A DNA stretch of 64,000 nucleotides, taken from Octopus bimaculoides. Its lineage: Eukaryota. How positions within the stretch are numbered: position 1 is the stretch's first letter; each line of letters begins with the position of its first letter. The stretch lies in assembly GCF_001194135.2 (NCBI RefSeq), contig NC_068991.1:55958871-56022870 (forward strand), in the 5' to 3' direction. Shown in pieces: positions 60,659 through 64,000 of this stretch. The position numbers and the translations under genes were made by a program. Under the pieces are notes generated by a model, which worked only from the letters and a program-made list of their open reading frames with translations, was not told where the DNA came from and searched no databases.

Positions 60659-62924
60659 ACTAAATATTGCTACTGATATTACATTAAGCTAGCACCTGGA
60701 ATAGAAATAGTTTTATATCCTTAAATATGTTAAAATTCTAAAATGTTCTAAAATTAGAAATAATTAAAAAAAACTGGTCAACATCACTACAAATATCTTT
60801 GATATTAACTATAAAAATATGTCCAATTACATTTGCTTTCATCCTGCAATTTATCTATAAAAAAATACTTCCCATTTTCTCAGCTTATTTCCAATGCTCT
60901 GCAAAGATATTTTACTTGTTATTTTGTGCTTATTAGCCACACTTCTTTTCCCTGGAGTTTGTTTTAAGAAGTATGTTACTGGAAATTCCAATTGTGTAAT
61001 TTAATTGTTGGTTATGATTAAAAATAATTCTGAAGTTTGCTTAAATAGTAACTGAAAACATTTGTAAGTTACACATATTCCATATCTAAGTCATTTCTCT
61101 ATGCATTTACTTTCTTTAAATTTGTTTGTACTTTTTAATTCATGTCTCATTAAAATTTGCCTTCATTATCTGAAAGTCATTCATTTTTACATTGTACTAA
61201 TAGCTTTGTATGATATCTTATATATCTAGTTCAGAAATTTACATAGATCACTGGGCAGAGTTTAATTTTTTTTAGAACATTGCTAAATGTTAAATGTCAG
61301 ATTTTAATGATGAGAAATGATCGGTCTGTTTCCTAAAATTAACACATGCACACACATATATATTGTAATTAGCAGTCTTAATATGTAATTACAGAAACCA
61401 TTACTACAGTTATATTGGTTTTGAAACTATTTAAATGTTGCTTATTAAAAGAACATTTGCCTGTATGATTACTTCTCACAGACTGCTCTCACCTTTTACT
61501 TATGACAGAGTTTTGCTCTGGAAGCCTCTTAACAATGCTAAATTTGTATCTAAGAGATTATGCTTTGTCTACAAAATCAAGGGATATTTTAACGTTATAT
61601 ACTTAACATCATATTATGGTCCATGTACAGTATACAATGAAATCTAGCTCTAATATCTTGGTTTACATATCTTTTTGATCATCTACATTCATAAAAAAAA
61701 ATATATATAAAAGTTATTATCTAAATTAAAATAACAATATCCCTTTTTCTTTTCTCTCTCTTTAGACATTATGCTTTATTATTTAATTCTATTACTGTTA
61801 TTTAAAATTGACTCTTTCCATACTTGTTGGCCTTCCCTGTATCTCCTCAGCTCTATCATGTACTTCTTTCCCTAAACTGTATCATTGGCTGACAAACTTA
61901 ATCTGTATCCTGGTTCAATATCACCACTTGGTCCTAGGGTGCCTTTTGCAGCTTCCACTCTGTTGCAAGTATTTGGACCAAGTCTCTGGTTTGAGGATAC
62001 ATTCTTCCCACCATCCCGCCAGTTTGAAAGACTCTATAAAGGGTTGTAGGCTTTGTCTTTCTTTATGACTAAATAATAATAATAATAATGAAGATGATAA
62101 TAAAATGATAATAAAATAAACAAACCAAATATGAATTTTTTTTCATTTCGAAGACGTTCCTTCCTTGCTAAATATTTTGCCAAACACTAAACTACAATTT
62201 TCCAAGCTCCTGCCTTTCTGATCTGAAAGGCATTTGGATAATCTCTCAGAAAGGAAACTACTGGAAAATAATAATACAATCATACTGCCAAACATAAACC
62301 AAGATTGTTTAAATACTTTTAGAATATAAACATTACCACTATAAAATATGTCCCTTGTTGAATTCTTGATTGAACTCTTACTTCTCAGTCTAATAATAAC
62401 AAAAGTGACAACTTGTGTAGACTCGAGGTGAGATGAATTTTTGACTGGATTTTAGAAAAATCATGAAGTTAAACCTTTCCATTTCCATCTTCTTATAAAT
62501 CTGAAGCTTTCATTGCTAAATAATACCATCTATATTAGCTATACAGTATAGAAATACCTTACCAGTGGCAGATAAATAAATATTGGAATTTATACCAAAA
62601 TGAGCAATTTTTAAAAATATATTATTCAGACATTTTAATATTGATTTACAAAAAAAAAAGGGTGCCCTGTGATAGTTGTTGTTGAAACATTATGATTATT
62701 AAAAAACACCATGATAATTTATTTACATGCATAAATAAATATTAATGTCATGACTGCTAACAGTATACTAATTCAACACTAGTTAGCTAACAGTGCTAAT
62801 ATTTAGTTGAATTGTTATATATATCAATGATTGATGAAAACTTAGACATATAATGTTTCACAATGTTTTGTTTTTGCTTACTTTATAGGGAAAGTTACAC
62901 GAGGCTGATAAGGTAGTGTACTAA
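6077..62924 (+). CDS. Spliced 10-exon gene model, 374-aa uncharacterised protein
   Basis: Exons 6077-6161, 27971-28069, 35069-35168, 40056-40109, 41223-41244, 49987-50062, 51793-51858, 57572-58085, 59124-59196 and 62889-62924 all have AG/GT boundaries. Junction phases chain as 1,1,2,2,0,1,1,2,0 and total 1125 nt with no internal stop. No family recognised; first and last exons are the least certain. Confidence 0.7.
7273..7326. repeat. (TA)n microsatellite
   Basis: Perfect dinucleotide run; others at about 11226-11259, 20537-20562, 23115-23147, 31808-31890 and 60624-60654. Confidence 0.95.
8414..8829 (+). mobile_element. Young 5'-truncated RTE LINE (3'UTR, (GAT)n tail)
   Basis: GC- and CpG-rich, internally duplicated, ends in (GAT)n. 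8414-8562 matches the reverse complement of 12100-12248 at 146/149 nt, and that copy is attached to an RTE ORF2 end. Confidence 0.85.
9410..9785 (-). mobile_element. Near full-length CORE-like SINE, antisense
   Basis: Reverse complement carries the head, CCTTGGGCAAGTGTCT, a microsatellite and the 3' module. Similar copies at about 12745-12880(-), 14740-15060(-), 20585-20872(+), 31600-32010(-), 34240-34440(-), 48730-49000(+) and 54470-54660(+). Confidence 0.8.
10100..10720 (-). mobile_element. Possible degenerate L1/Tx1-like 3' fragment
   Basis: GC raised over the flanks; minus strand contains GVRGRTDLEALDVARMV, reminiscent of the C-terminus of the 2340-2660 type. Many stops. Confidence 0.35.
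11260..12099. other. Assembly gap (840 N)
   Basis: N run between a (TA)n tract and a young RTE copy. Confidence 1.
12100..12421 (-). mobile_element. Young RTE LINE: ORF2 C-terminus plus 3'UTR running into the gap
   Basis: ORF 12218-12421(-) MVRMDEDSCVKKCHTLTVEGTRGRGRPRKTWAEVVRQDL...W carries the RTE RGRPRKTW motif with the frame intact. Confidence 0.9.
13454..13681. mobile_element. piggyBac-type MITE, family A
   Basis: TTAA-CCCTTT ... AAAGGG-TTAA termini, both TTAA sites intact; a decayed second copy lies at 22483-22708. Confidence 0.8.
15595..15930 (-). mobile_element. SINE family with CORE-like head and RTE-like (GAT)n tail
   Basis: Homologous to 47700-48075(+), 50490-50700(-), 60110-60215(-) and 12422-12545(-). 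Confidence 0.7.
18767..18809. repeat. (ATT)n microsatellite
   Basis: Perfect trinucleotide run directly upstream of a SINE copy. Confidence 0.95.
22483..22708. mobile_element. piggyBac-type MITE, family A, decayed copy
   Basis: Aligns along its length with 13454-13681 (TTTCTGTTGAAA...AATGAAGAATTTA...ATAGAAC). Confidence 0.65.
27245..27490 (-). mobile_element. tRNA-derived SINE of another family (V/Meta-domain-like)
   Basis: Reverse complement has head TGGCTTAGTGGT, GTGTTCTTGAGCAAAACA and a GGAAACC 3' region; a perfect 16-bp palindrome TGAGTCCTAGGACTCA lies at 27257-27272. Confidence 0.55.
27971..28069 (+). CDS. Exon 2 (GKSLNGFIENVPWHITPDYLVPTLGHFTTLSSL)
   Basis: Long pyrimidine tract ending TTTTCTAG, 99-nt open phase 1-1 exon, consensus donor AG|GTAAGT. 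Confidence 0.85.
32125..32575 (+). mobile_element. Older RTE LINE ORF2 3' fragment
   Basis: RVKGRLYDACV*MAILHGSETWAL ... RRLRWFGHVMRM ... RGRPRKT* with several stops. Confidence 0.85.
33672..34170 (+). mobile_element. Non-autonomous Helentron/DINE-1-like (HINE) element
   Basis: 3' end TTGGCGGAGG plus hairpin remnant GCGCTCTGTGAGTAT and TAGTT; 5' TTATTACC start; core ACTGCTGGATGGATT...GAAACTT; internal duplicate of GGTACCGG..AAG.ATTCTG.ATTATTT. Confidence 0.6.
35069..35168 (+). CDS. Exon 3 (AVVKLTINGEDQSKHKSRVEIISWLLPLQNESS)
   Basis: Open frame ending at donor AG|GTAATG, phase 1 in and 2 out. Needs the AAG acceptor at 35066-35068 rather than the CAG at 35061-35063 (see findings). Confidence 0.72.
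37073..37909. other. Assembly gap (837 N)
   Basis: N run that interrupts the piggyBac-like ORF. Confidence 1.
37910..38235 (-). mobile_element. 5' end of a piggyBac-like transposon with the transposase start
   Basis: TTAA at 38232-38235 next to terminus CCCTTTAGTGTTCAAACCGGCC; a 16-bp subterminal repeat at 38164-38179 and 38208-38223; ATG at 37978 opens MASASSDSDFEGFTIDDIENINE, an acidic start typical of piggyBac transposases. Confidence 0.7.
40056..40109 (+). CDS. Exon 4 (RFCSEVQLIIIQSIRTLL)
   Basis: Acceptor CACTTTAG, 54-nt phase 2-2 open frame, strong donor AA|GTGAGT. Confidence 0.7.
   Translation: MLFRSPVDYYPEHQNIA
40597..40812. mobile_element. piggyBac-type MITE, family B
   Basis: TTAA-CCATTTAGCATT ... 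AAAGCTAAAGAG-TTAA; homologous to 58829-59056. A matching right end also lies at about 30595-30616. Confidence 0.8.
41223..41244 (+). CDS. Exon 5, 22-nt micro-exon (KATRYFHQ)
   Basis: Acceptor TTTTTACTGTCTTAG, donor CAG|GTTAAG; converts phase 2 to phase 0, as needed to join exons 4 and 6. Confidence 0.55.
43975..44022. repeat. (GT)n microsatellite
   Basis: Perfect dinucleotide run; others at about 33247-33274, 57265-57283 and 60602-60623. Confidence 0.95.
44880..46890 (+). mobile_element. Degenerate RLE-type (R4/Dong-like) LINE with RT, zinc knuckle and endonuclease remnants
   Basis: In order: GCTEHL, KKAFDS, QGDSSSVIVFILTVNLLS, a decayed YxDD region (NFFVDS), TIHIIISC, and YWWNISIKIAIKCKCNRPDIVLWNKE. 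Many stops and frameshifts. Confidence 0.8.
47700..48075 (+). mobile_element. SINE with CORE-like head and (GAT)n tail
   Basis: ACTTTGGGCAAGTGAC core, then the module shared with 15595-15830 and 50490-50700. Confidence 0.75.
49987..50062 (+). CDS. Exon 6 (ERVVNVFRELIIKHLNKPQNTLKLP)
   Basis: Acceptor GTCTTTTGTAG, 76-nt open frame, donor G|GTAACA, phase 0 in and 1 out. Confidence 0.78.
50660..50930. repeat. Pyrimidine-rich (T/C) low-complexity tract
   Basis: About 270 nt dominated by T and C; the source of several Phe/Leu/Ser-rich spurious ORFs. Confidence 0.8.
51793..51858 (+). CDS. Exon 7 (DQIKLKLSLSPLQLQKLQNERP)
   Basis: Acceptor TTTAATTTTCAG, donor CAG|GTAAGC; only the phase-1 frame is open. 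Confidence 0.85.
52781..53045. mobile_element. hAT (Charlie-like) MITE
   Basis: Termini CAGTGGTTCTCAA and TTGAGAACTGCTG form an imperfect TIR pair; repeated GGGTCCA motifs; the left flank CTCTAGCT fits the hAT target preference, but the right flank does not match it. Confidence 0.75.
55250..56382 (-). mobile_element. Mariner (DD34D-type) transposon relic with both TIRs
   Basis: Imperfect TIRs of about 30 bp flanked by TA at 55248-55249 and 56383-56384. Minus strand shows IKYLQKKGLS, KVSPQWVPCLLTPDQK, MASALWNAKDIVFINHLEK and SPDLSPSDYHLF; frameshifted and internally deleted. Confidence 0.9.
57572..58085 (+). CDS. Exon 8, 514 nt; acidic poly-Glu region then basic, Pro-rich region
   Basis: Core of ORF 57481-58089 with raised GC. 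Acceptor ATATTTGTAG (phase 1), donor AA|GTAAGT (phase 2). Encodes EEEVEEEEEEGEE and RPRSAPGTPVLGETLRRSPRVYTQTPQR. Confidence 0.9.
58829..59056. mobile_element. piggyBac-type MITE, family B, second copy
   Basis: TTAA at both ends; shares TTTGAACATAAAACAGG..GAATATTT with 40597-40812. Confidence 0.75.
59124..59196 (+). CDS. Exon 9 (KEFIMATQDDIIQLKSRDTNTSTAQ)
   Basis: Acceptor TTTACTTTCAG, phase 2 matches exon 8, donor CAG|GTATTT. Confidence 0.85.
62889..62924 (+). CDS. Putative terminal exon 10 (GKLHEADKVVY*)
   Basis: Strong acceptor TTTTGCTTACTTTATAG|G in phase 0, stop TAA at 62922-62924, AATAAA at 63268-63273. Could instead be a 24-nt internal exon using the weak donor GTAGTG at 62913. Confidence 0.5.
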   Translation, partial: GKLHEADKVVY

Positions 62925-64000
62925 GGTCTATCAGGCTACACTAGATTGATAAATATCTCTAGTGTATTTTCCTAAATCTGTTTATTTTTTTTTCTCTCAT
63001 TATTATTTCATACTCATCCTCATCTACATCATATTAATATTGATAAGTTGGGTTATTTTTGTGTGTGTGTCTTAATTTGCCTGTAAATATTGTATTTTCT
63101 GCTAGTATTTGCAACATTGACATGTCTGTCACTGAATGTAGCAAGAGTTTAATTGATTTCTCTTGCATGGCTTTTATACAACTCTACATCTAAAGTGAAT
63201 GTTCTGCTCTTATCAACCTTTCTTTTTCATTAGTAATATTTTTTTCATTTCTATCTTTACCCCTCTTAATAAATTTTATTCTTATTTCAGTTATATTAAT
63301 TTATTTGCTAACTTACAATTTAAAAAGAAAATTATTATTCAAATTTGAATATATAATTTCTTATTAATTTTTTATTTTTTTGCTAACGTTTTGTTTTCTT
63401 CAAACAGTTCATTAATATTCAAAATAGAAGCAAATTCTATATGTTGTTTATCCTTATGTAGTGGGCGCTATTGTGATATATCTATCTGTTGTTGTGCTTC
63501 TATCTTTTTATGATTTGAATTTCTCTGGATTAGATTATCAGAAGTAAATAAACTAATGAATAAAACATCTTCCTTTCTAATTAAATAGTATGTATTATGG
63601 GGTTTGGCTATATACAAGGGACTTCACTTATTAAACAACAATGTGCACATGGGTTCATGTTTGATTCACTGACTACAGCTTTACATTGAGGCTCAACAGG
63701 CTTACATGTCTGTTACAGTGTATAGCTGTGTGTGTGTAAAACTTTGTACCTCATTTAATAAACAATAGGATGTTAAGTATGATGTGGGTATTGAGATATG
63801 ATAGTGAGAATATGCAAAGACTGACTGAAAAAACAGGCAAGCATGTTCTGTTGGATATGTAATGTTGATAAGCATGAACTCCAGAACACAAGTGCTCTGA
63901 GAGAAAATTTGAGCATTAAAAGCAAATACCTTTGATGCTCAAATTTGCTGTAGTCTATAAGAGGTATTTGCTTTTAATGCACAGGTCCAGTGGATTTCAA

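Noticed and set aside
61840-62100. Possible further LINE 3' end with an (AAT)n tail
   Set aside because: No diagnostic protein motif could be read with confidence.
1-64000. Prokaryotic-style novel system (defence island, retron, CRISPR, operon)
   Set aside because: No compact gene clusters, ribosome-binding sites or intact enzyme ORFs; all RT, nuclease and transposase signals are decayed eukaryotic transposons.

Overview
AT-rich eukaryotic genomic DNA, about 98% non-coding, with three assembly gaps (11260-12099, 31843-31852, 37073-37909). The repeat content (tRNA-derived CORE-like SINEs, RTE LINEs with (GAT)n tails, TTAA MITEs, dense TA/CA/ATT microsatellites) looks like a coleoid cephalopod, most likely Octopus; this is inferred from pattern recognition, not a search. 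One + strand gene can be rebuilt by hand: 10 GT-AG exons from 6077 to 62924, with matching splice phases, joining into a 374-aa ORF that I cannot assign to a family. The introns hold many transposon relics: RTE, RLE-type (R4/Dong-like), L1/Tx1-like and CR1-like LINE fragments, two mariners, a young piggyBac-like end running into a gap, piggyBac and hAT MITEs, a Helentron/DINE-like element, and several SINE families. I found no CRISPR array, operon, rRNA or true tRNA gene, and no convincing new biological system. The best leads are the unannotated gene with its odd splice sites, a 98%-identical inverted RTE pair (possible ADAR substrate), a nest of RLE LINEs at (TAA)n tracts, and the gap-hidden piggyBac. 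Repeat boundaries are approximate.
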